Source of the DNA: an uncultured Acidimicrobiaceae bacterium
GTDB lineage: Bacteria; Actinomycetota; Acidimicrobiia; Acidimicrobiales; CAIXPF01
DNA length: 64,000 nt
Direction of reading: 5' to 3'
NCBI GenBank assembly: GCA_964453335.1
Contig: CAYVOK010000009.1
Coordinates: 15,099 to 79,098, forward strand
How positions within the stretch are numbered: position 1 is the stretch's first letter; every line of letters begins with the position of its first letter. Below are positions 21,011 through 31,030 of the stretch, one piece after another. The notes under the pieces were generated by a model. The model saw only the letters and a program-made list of their open reading frames with translations, was not told where the DNA came from and did not search any database. A program made the position numbers and the translations under genes.

Positions 21011-21036
21011 GCGACCGGGTCGGACGGGGGATCGAC

Positions 21037-22206
21037 GTGGCGGGGGGCCAGCGCGCGACCGTCACGTTCGCGTTGGTGTGCGCGTCGACGCTCGGGACGT
21101 TCACCGCGCAGGGGCTGCTCTACCCGGCTCTGCCGCTGTACATGACCGACGAGCTCGGCACGTCGAAGGCGATGGCCGGGCTCGTGATGTCGGTGGTGTC
21201 GGTGTCGGCGGTCGCGGTGCGACCCTGGGCCGGTGGCTTCGTCGACCGCGTCGGTCGTCGCCCGCTCATGCTGGCCGGACCGGCGTTGTTCGCGCTCAGC
21301 GCGATCGGTCTGATGCTCACCCGCTCGGTCGTGCTCGTGCTGCTGCTACGGCTCGTGCAGGGTGCGGCATCGGCGGGCACCTACACGGCGGCGGTCGCGA
21401 TGACGGCCGACGTCGCACCACCGGAACGACGCGCCGGGTTCCTCGCCCTGTTCAGCACGTTCTTCTACGTCGGGTTCTCGGCCGGGCCGTACGTGGCGGA
21501 ATGGTTGATCAGTGCGACCGACGGGTTCACCGCCGTGTGGTGGGCGGTCGCCGGGTTCACCGTGGCGGGAGCGCTCGCCGCGGCGGGTCTGCGGGAGACC
21601 TTGCCCGACGGTGCAGCCGACGCCCCTCGGGTCCCGGCGCTGCAACGGCTCTTCCACCCCGCCGCGCGTGGTCCGGGCATCGTGTTCTTCTGCATCGGGA
21701 TCGGCTGGACGTCGGTCGCTGCGTTCCTGTCGCTGTACGCCCGTGAGATCGGGCTCGCGTCCTCCGACGTGCTGTTCCTCGCCCTGTCGGTCACCGTGCT
21801 CGCCACCCGGTTCGGAGTCGGTGGCCTCGCCGACCGGTACGGGCGCCTCCGGGTGGCGTTGCCGTCGACGGTCGCGATCGTCGTCGGTCTCGCCGGGGTG
21901 GCGTTCGTGCGGTCGCCGCTGCCGGCGATCGTGTTCCTCGTGATCTTCGGCATGGGGTATTCGGGCGGGTTCCCGGCGCTGCTCGCGATGGTCGCCGACC
22001 GTGCCCCCGATGCCGAGCGCGGGACGGCGATGGGGTCGTTCAACGTCTACTTCGACATCGGCGCGCCGCTCGGGGGGTACGGCGTCGGCCAGCTCATCGA
22101 GTGGGGCGGGTTCCCGCTCGGGTTCGGCGCGGTCGCCGCTGCGGCCGCCGTCGGCGGCCTGGTGCTCCCCTTCGTCGGGCGCAGCGACCGTCGCGTCGCG
22201 ACCTGA
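21037..22206 (+). CDS. MFS transporter
   Basis: GTG 21037 follows GGACGGGGG. Twelve hydrophobic segments and the MFS loop motif 'GGFVDRVGRRPLM'. Confidence 0.85.
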   Translation: MAGGQRATVTFALVCASTLGTFTAQGLLYPALPLYMTDELGTSKAMAGLVMSVVSVSAVAVRPWAGGFVDRVGRRPLMLAGPALFALSAIGLMLTRSVVLVLLLRLVQGAASAGTYTAAVAMTADVAPPERRAGFLALFSTFFYVGFSAGPYVAEWLISATDGFTAVWWAVAGFTVAGALAAAGLRETLPDGAADAPRVPALQRLFHPAARGPGIVFFCIGIGWTSVAAFLSLYAREIGLASSDVLFLALSVTVLATRFGVGGLADRYGRLRVALPSTVAIVVGLAGVAFVRSPLPAIVFLVIFGMGYSGGFPALLAMVADRAPDAERGTAMGSFNVYFDIGAPLGGYGVGQLIEWGGFPLGFGAVAAAAAVGGLVLPFVGRSDRRVAT

Positions 22207-22216
22207 CGGTTCGCCG

Positions 22217-22954
22217 TCAGGTCGCGCCGAGCGCGTCGAACAACTCGGTGCGCAGCCGCAGCAGGTCTGCGCTGCCGAGCGCAGCGTGCGGCCGCGGGTG
22301 CGGCAGGGGCACGTCGACGGTGTGCACGAGCCGTCCGGGTCGGCCCGACAGCACGACGACGCGGTCGGAGAGCACGAGCGCCTCGTCGACGTCGTGGGTG
22401 ACGAGAAGGACGGTGCTGCGGTGCTCGGTGCGCAGTGTGGCGAGCCAGGTCTGGAGGTCGCGCCGGGTGAGCGCGTCGAGCGCCCCGAAGGGTTCGTCGA
22501 GCGCGATCGTGGTCAGGCCGGCGACGACGGTGCGCAGCAGCGCGACCCGCTGGCGCATCCCGCCGGAGAGCTGCGCCGGCCAGGCCCGCTCGAACCCGGC
22601 GAGCCCGAACCGTTCGAACAGGCGGGCGGCGTCCTCGACGGCGGTGGCCCGGTCGGCACCGCGGGCCTCGGCCCCGAGGGTCGCGTTGCGCAACGCCCGT
22701 CGCCACGGCAGCAGCAGGTCGCGCTGGGGCATGTGGGCGACGCGTCCCGGTCGACCCACGACGTCGACCCCGTCGACGGTGACGGTGCCGGTGGTGGGAG
22801 TGAGCAGACCGGCGACGACACGGAGCACGGTCGACTTCCCGCAGCCGCTCGGTCCGAGCAGCGTGGTGAACCCGCCGGTCGGCACCGTGAGGTCGATGCC
22901 GTCCACGACCTCGAGGTCGCCGTAGCGGTGCCGGAGCCCGCGGATCTGAATCAC
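22217..22954 (-). CDS. thiZ: ABC transporter ATP-binding protein (NitT/TauT family; ThiZ-like)
   Basis: GTG 22954. Walker A 'GPSGCGKST', signature 'LSGGMRQRV' and Walker B 'IALDEPFGALD'. Last gene of the TPP-riboswitch operon. The symbol is assigned by context only. Confidence 0.85.
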   Translation of the reverse strand: MIQIRGLRHRYGDLEVVDGIDLTVPTGGFTTLLGPSGCGKSTVLRVVAGLLTPTTGTVTVDGVDVVGRPGRVAHMPQRDLLLPWRRALRNATLGAEARGADRATAVEDAARLFERFGLAGFERAWPAQLSGGMRQRVALLRTVVAGLTTIALDEPFGALDALTRRDLQTWLATLRTEHRSTVLLVTHDVDEALVLSDRVVVLSGRPGRLVHTVDVPLPHPRPHAALGSADLLRLRTELFDALGAT

Positions 22955-22961
22955 GCCGCGG

Positions 22962-23987
22962 TCACGACCCGGGCAGGAAGTCGTTCGTGAACGCCGCCGA
23001 CGCGTCGACGTCGGCGGCGAGCAGGCCGGCGCCGGTGAGGAACGCGGCGAAGTCCGTCCATGTCGCCCGCCGCTGCACGCCCCACGGGGCGTCGTCCGTG
23101 TAGCGGCCTGCGAGGTACGCGGCGCTGCGGCGCACCAGGTCGGCGTCGAGCTCGGGGACGGCGGCGAGCAAGGCGTCGGCGGCGGCCTCGGGCTCGTCGT
23201 CGGCGACCGTGTACCCGACCGACGTCGCCCGCAGGAACGCGCGGATCGCATCGGGACGCTCGTCGAGCACCTTCTGCGAGGTCACGACGATCGGGGTGTA
23301 CCAGTCGGGCAGGCACCGGTCGGCCGACGCTGCGGCGGGGTCGTAGAACGGGAAGCGGACGAGCTGCATGCCCTCGAGCTCGGCGAGGCGGATCACGTCC
23401 CAGCCGTCGAAGACCCACACGGTGTCGTAGTCGCGCCGTTCGAGCCCGACTCGGTAGTCGACGTTGCCGACCTCGACGTAGCGCACGCGGGAGGGGTCCC
23501 CGCCGTCGCAGCGGACGAGACGATCGACGAGCGCCTTCTCGAGCTCACCGCCGAAACCGCCGTAGGTGCGGCCTTCGAGGTCGCGCGGTCGGGTGACCCC
23601 GCGGTCGGCGGGCACGACGAGGCTCGACGTGTTGTGGGCGAGGATCGCGGCGACGGAGACGGCGTCGACCCCGGCGGCCCGGGCCGGCAGCAGCTGTTCG
23701 GCCACGGAGATCACGATGTCGACGTTGCCGGCCGCGAGCTGCGGCAGGCCGCCGTCGTCGGACGGTTCGACGATCGTCACGTCGAGGCCGGCCCGCTCGT
23801 AGAGCCCTTTCGCCTGCGCGAGGTAGATGCCGCTGTGGTTCGTGTTCGGCGTCCAGTCGAGCATCACGGTGAGCGCGGCGCGGTCGTTCGCGCCGTCGCC
23901 CCCGGCGCTGCACGCCGCAGCGAGCACGGCGCACACCAGGGCGATCGCAGCTGCAGTCGTCCGTCGGATCCTGCGGGTGGGGGTCAT
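22962..23987 (-). CDS. thiY: NMT1/THI5-like ABC substrate-binding lipoprotein (ThiY-like)
   Basis: ATG 23987 follows GGAGGA. Lipobox 'LAAACSAG'. 'LDWTPNTNHSGIYLAQAKGLYERAGLDVTIV' is typical of NMT1/THI5-like pyrimidine-precursor binding proteins. The symbol is assigned by context only. Confidence 0.85.
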   Translation of the reverse strand: MTPTRRIRRTTAAAIALVCAVLAAACSAGGDGANDRAALTVMLDWTPNTNHSGIYLAQAKGLYERAGLDVTIVEPSDDGGLPQLAAGNVDIVISVAEQLLPARAAGVDAVSVAAILAHNTSSLVVPADRGVTRPRDLEGRTYGGFGGELEKALVDRLVRCDGGDPSRVRYVEVGNVDYRVGLERRDYDTVWVFDGWDVIRLAELEGMQLVRFPFYDPAAASADRCLPDWYTPIVVTSQKVLDERPDAIRAFLRATSVGYTVADDEPEAAADALLAAVPELDADLVRRSAAYLAGRYTDDAPWGVQRRATWTDFAAFLTGAGLLAADVDASAAFTNDFLPGS

Positions 23988-24748
23988 CGGTCCTCCTCGA
24001 GAGTGGTCCAGGGGGTGAACAGTCGGGCGAACAGGCCGGTCAGCAGGTACAGGGCCATCGACAGCAGGACGACGACGGCGATGCCGGCGAAGACCTGGTC
24101 GTACCGGAACGCCCGGCGGGAACGGTCGATGTAGAGGCCGAGCCCGGACCGTGCGCCGATGCTCTCGGCGATGACCGCGCCGGCGACCGCGTAGGTGAGG
24201 GAGATGCGCAGGCCGGCGAACAGGCCGGGGAGCGCGGCGGGCAGCAGCACCAGGCGCAGGGTGCGCAACCGACCGGCGCCGTAGGAGCGCACCAGGTCCG
24301 CGAGGTCGGTGTCCGCGCTGCGGATCCCCGCTGCGGTGGCGACGGTCACGGGGAAGAACACCACGAGGGCGACGACGACGACCTTGGGCAGCAGCCCGAA
24401 CCCGAACCACAGCACCAACAACGGTGCGAGGACCTGGACGGGCACGGTCTGGGACGCGACGAGGACCGGTCCGAGGGCGGCCCGCACCGGTGCGGCGAGC
24501 GACACCGCGACCGCGATGAGCACCCCCGCCGCGACCCCGACGACGACACCGAGGGCGGTTTCGCCGAGGGTGGTGACGACGTGGCCGGCGAGCGTGTCAC
24601 GGGTGCGGACTGCGGCGGCGACGACGTCCGAGGGCGGTGGGAGCACCGTGCTCGCCCCACCGGCCCGGCGTGCCCAGACCTCCCAGAGGCCGAGCAGCGC
24701 CGCGACGAGCGTGACGGGGGGTGCGACATCGCGCAGGCGTGCGGTCAT
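23984..24748 (-). CDS. thiX: ABC transporter permease (ThiX-like)
   Basis: ATG 24748 with ATGA overlaps at both ends. Six-TM BPD-type permease carrying 'SYGAGRLRTLRLVLLPAALP' (EAA-like loop). Confidence 0.85.
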   Translation of the reverse strand: MTARLRDVAPPVTLVAALLGLWEVWARRAGGASTVLPPPSDVVAAAVRTRDTLAGHVVTTLGETALGVVVGVAAGVLIAVAVSLAAPVRAALGPVLVASQTVPVQVLAPLLVLWFGFGLLPKVVVVALVVFFPVTVATAAGIRSADTDLADLVRSYGAGRLRTLRLVLLPAALPGLFAGLRISLTYAVAGAVIAESIGARSGLGLYIDRSRRAFRYDQVFAGIAVVVLLSMALYLLTGLFARLFTPWTTLEEDR

Positions 24749-25038
24749 CGGTAGGGGCCGGCGAGATCGTCGATGGTCGGCTGACGGGCGGGGTCGCGGG
24801 TCTGTTCGACCTTCACGACGGTGACGACACCGTCGGCGCCGGCGCGCAGGGTCGCCTCGTGCACGGCGCGCACGAGCGGCCACACCTCGTCCGGTTCTCC
24901 CTCGACGGCGGTGCCGAGCGGTCCGACGACGTGACGGAGCCCGCTCGCCCGGACCACGGCGATCGCCGCCTCGACGTGCGCCCAGCGCCGTTCGGGTGTG
25001 CCCGACGGCGACGGCAGGACCTGGATGTCGACGATCAT
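24745..25038 (-). CDS. MTH1187/YkoF-like thiamine-binding protein
   Basis: 97 aa: 'MIVDIQVLPSPSG...VVGPLGTAVEG...'. This is the small ACT-like fold family. It is the first gene after the TPP riboswitch. Confidence 0.8.
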   Translation of the reverse strand: MIVDIQVLPSPSGTPERRWAHVEAAIAVVRASGLRHVVGPLGTAVEGEPDEVWPLVRAVHEATLRAGADGVVTVVKVEQTRDPARQPTIDDLAGPYR

Positions 25039-25039
25039 C

Positions 25040-25122
25040 CCTGCATTCCCTCCGCTCGTATGACCGAGATCAGGTTCTGGGGTTTGCTCTCAGCCCGATC
25101 CGTCTCGGGCACCCCCAGCAGG
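25040..25122 (-). promoter_or_regulatory. TPP (THI-box) riboswitch
   Basis: Minus-strand RNA: CCUGCUGGGGGUGCCCGAGACGGAUCGGGCUGAGAGCAAACCCCAGAACCUGAUCUCGGUCAUACGAGCGGAGGGAAUGCAGG. It contains GGGGUGC, CUGAGA, ACCC, GAACCUGAUC and GCGGAGGGA in canonical order. P1 is CCUGC/GCAGG. The AUG of the downstream gene follows 1 nt after P1. Confidence 0.92.
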
Positions 25123-25181
25123 CGACACCCACGGTAGCGCGGGGCGCGGCGGGAGAGGAGTCCGGACGGTAGGGTGCGCGC

Positions 25182-25916
25182 ATGCCGAGCGTGCAGCGCC
25201 TCCGTCAAGCCGTCCTCGTCGCCGCCGACTACGACGCGGTCGCCGACCGCATCCGGTCCGAGTTCCGGCTCGACGCCCCCTTCCACGATCCGGGTGTCGC
25301 CGAGTTCGGGTTGCGCAACGGTGTGTTCGCGATCGGCGACACCTTCCTCGAGGTCGTCTCCCCGACCCGTGCGGGTACGACGGCGGGCCGGTATCTCGAC
25401 CGGGTCGGCGGTGACGCCGGGTACATGGTCATGTTCCAGGTGCCGAGCGTCGACGCGGCACGGGAGCGGATGGAACGGCTCGGCGTGCGGATCGTGTGGG
25501 TCGCCGAGGAGGAGGACATCTTCGACCTCCACCTGCACCCGCGTGACGTGCCCGGGGCGATCGTGTCCCTCACCGAGGCGCGTCCCGCCGGTTCGTGGCG
25601 CTGGGCGGGTCCGGCGTGGGCGGGCAAGGTCCCCGAGCACCGCCCCGGCGGGGTGACGTCGATGACCGCGCGCGCCGCCGACCCGGCCGCCGTCGCCGCC
25701 CGCTGGGCGGAGGTGCTCGACGAACCCGTCGCCGCCGGTGCCGCAGGCCCCGAGATCATCCTCGACGGCGGCGCCCAGGTGGTGCGCTTCGTGCCCGCCG
25801 ACGGTGGGCACGAGGGCATCGTCGAGGTCGGCATCGCGTTGCCGGCCGCCGACCGTGCGGGCCGCGACGCCGTGACCGTCGGCGGGGTCCGCTTCACGCT
25901 GACCGACGCATCCTGA
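25182..25916 (+). CDS. VOC-family (glyoxalase-like domain) protein
   Basis: 244 aa: 'VAEFGLRNGVFAIGDTFLEVVSP...GYMVMFQV', with a tandem beta-alpha-beta-beta-beta pattern. Confidence 0.65.
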   Translation: MPSVQRLRQAVLVAADYDAVADRIRSEFRLDAPFHDPGVAEFGLRNGVFAIGDTFLEVVSPTRAGTTAGRYLDRVGGDAGYMVMFQVPSVDAARERMERLGVRIVWVAEEEDIFDLHLHPRDVPGAIVSLTEARPAGSWRWAGPAWAGKVPEHRPGGVTSMTARAADPAAVAARWAEVLDEPVAAGAAGPEIILDGGAQVVRFVPADGGHEGIVEVGIALPAADRAGRDAVTVGGVRFTLTDAS

Positions 25917-25923
25917 GCAGCCG

Positions 25924-26901
25924 ATGCCGGGCACGATCCCGCCGACCATCACCTGGGAGGGTGACCGGATCCGGCTGATCGACCAGCGCCGCCTGCCCGG
26001 CGAGCTGGTCCTCGTCGAAGCGACGACGGTCGACGAGCTGTGCGGGTACATCGCCACGCTCGCGGTGCGTGGCGCACCGGCGATCGGTGTCGCCGGGGCC
26101 ATGGGGGTGGCGCTCGCCGTCGTCCGTGGCGAGGACCCCGTCGCCGCCGGGGAACGGCTGCGGGCCACACGACCCACGGCGGTGAATCTCGCCTGGGGTG
26201 TCGAGCGGGCGTTGCGCGCCCCGGATCCCGTCGCCGAGGCGGTCCGGCTCGCCGCCGACGACGTGGAACGGAACCGGGCGATCGGTCGGCACGGGGCACC
26301 GCTCCTCGCGGATGTGACGAACGTGCTCACCCACTGCAACACCGGCGCGCTCGCGACCGTCGGGTGGGGGACCGCGCTCGGGGTGATCCGGGCGGCGCAC
26401 GAGGCCGGGGCGGCGCTGCACGTCTGGGTCGACGAGACCCGGCCGGTGTTGCAGGGGGCCCGCCTGACGGCGTGGGAGTGCGACCGGCTCGGGATCCCGG
26501 CGACGCTCGTCGCCGACGTGATGGCCGCTGCGCTGATGCGGGCCGGTCGCGTCGACGCGGCGATCGTGGGCGCGGATCGCATCACGGCGAACGGTGACGT
26601 GGCCAACAAGATCGGCACGTACGCCGTGGCGGTCGCGTGCCGACACCACGGGATCCCGTTCTACGTGGCGGCACCGCGGTCGACCTTCGACCACACCCTC
26701 GCGTCCGGCGACGAGATCGAGATCGAGCGGCGGGCCGCCGAGGAGGTGACGACCGTCGGCGGTGTCCGGGTCGCGCCGACGGGGATTCCGGTGGAGAACT
26801 GGGCGTTCGACGTGACCCCGGCTGCCCTCGTCACCGCGTGGATCACCGAGGACGGCATCTTCCGCACCCCGCCCGGCCCCGACGTCGCAGCCGCTCCGTA
26901 A
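25924..26901 (+). CDS. mtnA: S-methyl-5-thioribose-1-phosphate isomerase
   Basis: 'LIDQRRLPGE', 'LAVRGAPAIGVAGAMG', 'RPTAVNL', 'THCNTGALAT', 'VDETRPVLQGARLTAWE', 'GADRITANGDVANKIGTY'. Confidence 0.92.
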   Translation: MPGTIPPTITWEGDRIRLIDQRRLPGELVLVEATTVDELCGYIATLAVRGAPAIGVAGAMGVALAVVRGEDPVAAGERLRATRPTAVNLAWGVERALRAPDPVAEAVRLAADDVERNRAIGRHGAPLLADVTNVLTHCNTGALATVGWGTALGVIRAAHEAGAALHVWVDETRPVLQGARLTAWECDRLGIPATLVADVMAAALMRAGRVDAAIVGADRITANGDVANKIGTYAVAVACRHHGIPFYVAAPRSTFDHTLASGDEIEIERRAAEEVTTVGGVRVAPTGIPVENWAFDVTPAALVTAWITEDGIFRTPPGPDVAAAP

Positions 26902-26911
26902 CGTCGGGGGC

Positions 26912-27505
26912 GTGTGGTTCCCGCCCCGCTGCCCGGTCTGTGATCAGCCGGGGGCCGCGCCGTGCGAGCGGTGCGTGCCCCTCCTCGTCGACGTGTCCGC
27001 CTCGCCGTGGTGTCTGCCCGGTGTCGACGCGGCAGTGGCCGCGCTCCGCTACGACCCGGCCTCCCGACGCCTCGTCGCCGGGCTGAAGTACCGGGGGAAC
27101 CGGGCGGTCGTGAACTGGCTCGTCGACCGGCTCGCGCCTGCGGTGCTGCGCCATGCGGCGGTCGGCACGACGCAGCTCACGTGGGCGCCGACGTCGCCGG
27201 CCCGTCGCCGCGCGCGTGGCTACGACCAGGCGGAGGAGCTCGCCCGGGCCCTCGCCCGTCGCACCGGCCTCCCGGCGCGACGCCTGCTGCGGCGGGAGCC
27301 CGGACCCGGACTCACCGGGCGCAACCGGTCCGACCGAGTCGGCGCGGTCGTGTTCGTCGCAGTGCGGCCGTGCGCCGGGACGGTGTTCGTGGTCGACGAC
27401 GTGGTCACCACCGGGACGACGCTGCAGGCGGCGGCGGCGACGCTCCGGGGAGCCGGCGCGGATCGGGTGGTGGCGGCGGTCGCCGCGCGGGTACCCCCGT
27501 CGTGA
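26912..27505 (+). CDS. comF: ComF-family phosphoribosyltransferase-domain protein
   Basis: N-terminal zinc-ribbon 'CPVCDQPGAAPCERC', 'LKYRGNRAV', 'RGYDQAEELA', and PRT loop 'VFVVDDVVTTGTTL'. Confidence 0.88.
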   Translation: MWFPPRCPVCDQPGAAPCERCVPLLVDVSASPWCLPGVDAAVAALRYDPASRRLVAGLKYRGNRAVVNWLVDRLAPAVLRHAAVGTTQLTWAPTSPARRRARGYDQAEELARALARRTGLPARRLLRREPGPGLTGRNRSDRVGAVVFVAVRPCAGTVFVVDDVVTTGTTLQAAAATLRGAGADRVVAAVAARVPPS

Positions 27506-27550
27506 CCATCGGCCCTTGTGGCCGCCGAAGCGGAGGCGCATCATCTCCCC

Positions 27551-28129
27551 ATGCAGGTAGCCGTCACGAATCGCGGTACCGACCTGACCGATGAGGCCCG
27601 TGCGGTCGCGGTCGACAAGATCGGTCGTCTCGACCGGTTCCTCGAGGGGATGCAACGTGCCGAGGTGCGGCTCTCCCGCGAACACAACCCCTCCATCGCC
27701 GAGAAGGAGGTGTGCGAGGTCACCATCGAGGGCAACGGCCACGTGGTGCGCTGTCGGGCCAGCGCCGCGGACATCCCGACCGCGGTCGACCGGGCGGTCG
27801 ACAAGCTCGAGCACCAGCTCGCCCGCCTGAAGTCCCGCCTGCGTCGCCGTCCGAGCCACGCCCGGCGGCCGACGAACGGCATCCCGGCGACGGCCGTTCT
27901 CGACGACGAGGACCACTCGATGGCCGACGACGCCTACGTGACCCGTGCCGGGGAGCTCGTCGTCAAGCGCAAGTCGTTCGCACTGCAGCCGATCTCGGTC
28001 GACGACGCGGTCCTGCAGCTCGAGCTGATCGGGCACAGCTTCTACCTGTTCACGAACGCGGAGACCGGCCGTGCCGCCGTCCTCTACCGCCGTGTCGACG
28101 GGTCGCTGGGCCTCATCGACCAGGCGTGA
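27551..28129 (+). CDS. hpf: ribosome hibernation-promoting factor (long HPF)
   Basis: ATG 27551. N-terminal sigma-54-modulation/S30EA domain 'IGRLDRFLEG...AEV'. C-terminal dimerisation domain 'VKRKSFALQPISVDDAVLQLELIGHSFYLFTNAETG'. Confidence 0.9.
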   Translation: MQVAVTNRGTDLTDEARAVAVDKIGRLDRFLEGMQRAEVRLSREHNPSIAEKEVCEVTIEGNGHVVRCRASAADIPTAVDRAVDKLEHQLARLKSRLRRRPSHARRPTNGIPATAVLDDEDHSMADDAYVTRAGELVVKRKSFALQPISVDDAVLQLELIGHSFYLFTNAETGRAAVLYRRVDGSLGLIDQA

Positions 28130-28180
28130 ACCTCCCCTCGTCGGGGCGGTCGCGCCGCCGCCGGTAGGCTTGCCGACCGC

Positions 28181-31018
28181 ATGGGCGTATTCGACCGCAT
28201 CCTCCGGACCGGTGAGGGCAAGATGCTCCGGTCCCTCCAGGCCCTCGTGCCCGACATCGCGGCGCTCGAGCCCGAGCTCGCCGCGCTCGACGACGACGCG
28301 CTCCGCCACCGGACCGTCCTGTTCCGGGAGCGTCTCGACCGTGGGGCGGCGCTCGACGATCTGCTGATCGAGGCGTTCGCCACCGTCCGCGAGGCGTCCC
28401 GGCGGGTCATCGGCCAGCGGCACTACGACGTGCAGCTCATGGGTGGTGCGGCGCTGCACTTCGGCTGGGTGGCCGAGATGCGTACCGGTGAGGGCAAGAC
28501 GCTCGTGTCGACCCTGCCCGTGTACCTGAACGGTCTCGCCGGCACGGGCGTGCACGTCGTCACCGTGAACGACTACCTCGCCCGGCGCGACGCCGAGTGG
28601 ATGGGGCGCATCCACACCTGGATGGGGCTCACCGTCGGCATGGTGCTGCCCGGCAACGACGACCCGGCGACCAAGCGCGCCAACTACGCGTGCGACGTCA
28701 CCTACGGGACGAACAACGAGTTCGGGTTCGACTACCTGCGCGACAACATGGCGATGTCCGCGGAGGACAAGGTCCAGCGTGGGCACGCCTATGCGATCGT
28801 CGACGAGATCGACTCGATCCTCATCGACGAGGCCCGGACCCCGCTCATCATCTCCGGTCGGGTCACCGATGCCGCAGCGCTCTACCAGCGGTTCTCCTCG
28901 GTCGTCCGCCAGCTCGGCCGCGACGAGCACTACGAGGTCGACGAGGAGAAGCGGACCGTCGCCCCGACCGAAGCCGGTGTCGAACGGGTCGAGGAGCTCC
29001 TCGGCGTGGAGAACCTCTACGACCTCGGTCGCACCGACCTCGTCCACCAGCTCCAGGTCGCGCTCAAGGCGAAGGAGCTGTTCAAGCGCGACAAGGACTA
29101 CATCGTCGAGGCCGGCGAGGTGAAGATCGTCGACGAGTTCACGGGCCGAACGCTCGAGGGTCGTCGCTGGTCGGAGGGCATCCACCAGGCGATCGAGGCG
29201 AAGGAAGGGGTGCGGATCAAGGAGGAGAACCAGACGCTCGCCACCGTCACCCTGCAGAACTACTTCCGCATGTACGACAAGCTCGCCGGGATGACGGGCA
29301 CCGCCCAGACCGAGGCGAGCGAGCTCGCCACGACCTACGGCCTGCAGGTGGTGCCGATCCCCACGCACCGGCCGATGGTGCGCGTCGACCACGACGACCT
29401 GATCTTCAAGACCGAGACGGCGAAGTTCGAGGCCGTCGTCGACGAGATCGTCCACCACTACGAGGCCGGTCGCCCGGTGCTCGCGGGTACGGCGTCGGTC
29501 GAGCACTCCGAGCTGCTGTCGAAGCTGCTCACGCGTCGCGGGGTCCGCCACGAGGTCCTCAACGCGAAGCAACACCTCCGTGAGGCGGAGATCATCGCCC
29601 AGGCCGGTCGTCCGGGTGCGGTGACGGTGGCGACCAACATGGCCGGCCGCGGCGTGGACATCCTGCTCGGCGGCAACCCCGAGCTCATGGCCCTCGCCGA
29701 CCTGCGGGCCGAGGGGCTGCCGGCGACCACCCCCGACGAGGTGCGCCGCCGACCGCTGGTGCTGCGGGAGGAGCTCGCCCGGCTCCGCGCCGCGGGGGCC
29801 GACGCGGACGTCGTCGCCGGTGTCGCCGACGAGCTCGACCTCGCCGAGCGTGCGGCCGCCCGTCTCGACGAGCGCACCGCCGCACACGCCGGGGAGACCG
29901 CTGCGCAGGGGGAACGGGTCCGTGAACTGGGCGGTCTCGTGGTGATCGGCACGGAGCGGCACGAGTCGCGCCGGATCGACAACCAGCTCCGCGGTCGTTC
30001 CGGTCGGCAGGGCGATCCCGGTGAGAGCCGGTTCTACATCTCCATCGAGGACGACCTGATGCGCCTGTTCGCAACCGGTCTGATGGAGCGCGTCATGAGC
30101 GCGACGATCCCCGACGACGTGCCCATCGAGTCGAAGATGGTGACGAAGGCGGTCGAGCGGGCGCAGACCACGGTCGAGCAGAAGAACGCCGAGATCCGCA
30201 AGAACGTCCTCAAGTACGACGAGGTGATGAACGCCCAGCGGAAGGTCGTCTACGGCCGCCGCGACCAGATCCTCGCCCGTGGGGATCTGCGCGGGGAGTT
30301 CCTCGAGTCCCTCGCCGAGGTCGTCGACGGGCTCGTGAGCCGCCACCTGCCCGACGGGACGGCCGGCGACTGGGACCCGCACGCGCTCCTCACCGACGTC
30401 GCCACGTACTGGCCGACGTCGCTCAGCGAGGCCGACGTCAGCGACGTGCGGTCCACCGACGAGCTGTACGAACGGCTCGCCGGCGAGGCGACGGCCGCGT
30501 ACGAACGTCGCGAGGCCGAGCTCGGCACTGCCGTGCTGCGCGAGATCGAACGGCGGGTGCAGCTCTCCCTCGTCGACCAGCGCTGGCGCGAGCACCTCTA
30601 CGAGATGGACTACCTCCGCGAGGGCATCGGCCTGCGGGCGGTCGGCCAACGGGATCCGCTGACCGAGTGGCAGCGCGAAGGCTTCGACATGTTCGGCCAG
30701 ATGCTGGCGTCGGTCGCCGAGGACTTCGTCCGGATCGTCATGCACGCCGACGTGCGCACCGAACAGGCGGGCGGCGAGGCCGAGGAGGCCGACGTGCTCG
30801 CGTCGTTGCCCGAGGCGGCCGAACCGACCATCCGCGACGTCGCCTACTCCGCGGCCGAGGAGCCGGTCCGCCCGACCGCCCCGACCCTCACCCTGCCCGG
30901 TGCCGCACCGCGCAGCGCGCCGCCGACCGCGACAGCCGAGGCACCGAAGGTGGGCCGCAACGCGCCGTGCCCGTGCGGGAGCGGCAAGAAGTTCAAGCAG
31001 TGCCACGGTGCGGCGTGA
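28181..31018 (+). CDS. secA: preprotein translocase ATPase SecA
   Basis: 945 aa: '[28 protein letters not shown]', '[19 protein letters not shown]', 'GMTGTA', '[10 protein letters not shown]'. C-terminal zinc finger '[14 protein letters not shown]'. Confidence 0.98.
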   Translation: MGVFDRILRTGEGKMLRSLQALVPDIAALEPELAALDDDALRHRTVLFRERLDRGAALDDLLIEAFATVREASRRVIGQRHYDVQLMGGAALHFGWVAEMRTGEGKTLVSTLPVYLNGLAGTGVHVVTVNDYLARRDAEWMGRIHTWMGLTVGMVLPGNDDPATKRANYACDVTYGTNNEFGFDYLRDNMAMSAEDKVQRGHAYAIVDEIDSILIDEARTPLIISGRVTDAAALYQRFSSVVRQLGRDEHYEVDEEKRTVAPTEAGVERVEELLGVENLYDLGRTDLVHQLQVALKAKELFKRDKDYIVEAGEVKIVDEFTGRTLEGRRWSEGIHQAIEAKEGVRIKEENQTLATVTLQNYFRMYDKLAGMTGTAQTEASELATTYGLQVVPIPTHRPMVRVDHDDLIFKTETAKFEAVVDEIVHHYEAGRPVLAGTASVEHSELLSKLLTRRGVRHEVLNAKQHLREAEIIAQAGRPGAVTVATNMAGRGVDILLGGNPELMALADLRAEGLPATTPDEVRRRPLVLREELARLRAAGADADVVAGVADELDLAERAAARLDERTAAHAGETAAQGERVRELGGLVVIGTERHESRRIDNQLRGRSGRQGDPGESRFYISIEDDLMRLFATGLMERVMSATIPDDVPIESKMVTKAVERAQTTVEQKNAEIRKNVLKYDEVMNAQRKVVYGRRDQILARGDLRGEFLESLAEVVDGLVSRHLPDGTAGDWDPHALLTDVATYWPTSLSEADVSDVRSTDELYERLAGEATAAYERREAELGTAVLREIERRVQLSLVDQRWREHLYEMDYLREGIGLRAVGQRDPLTEWQREGFDMFGQMLASVAEDFVRIVMHADVRTEQAGGEAEEADVLASLPEAAEPTIRDVAYSAAEEPVRPTAPTLTLPGAAPRSAPPTATAEAPKVGRNAPCPCGSGKKFKQCHGAA

Positions 31019-31030
31019 GGCGGGTCCGTC

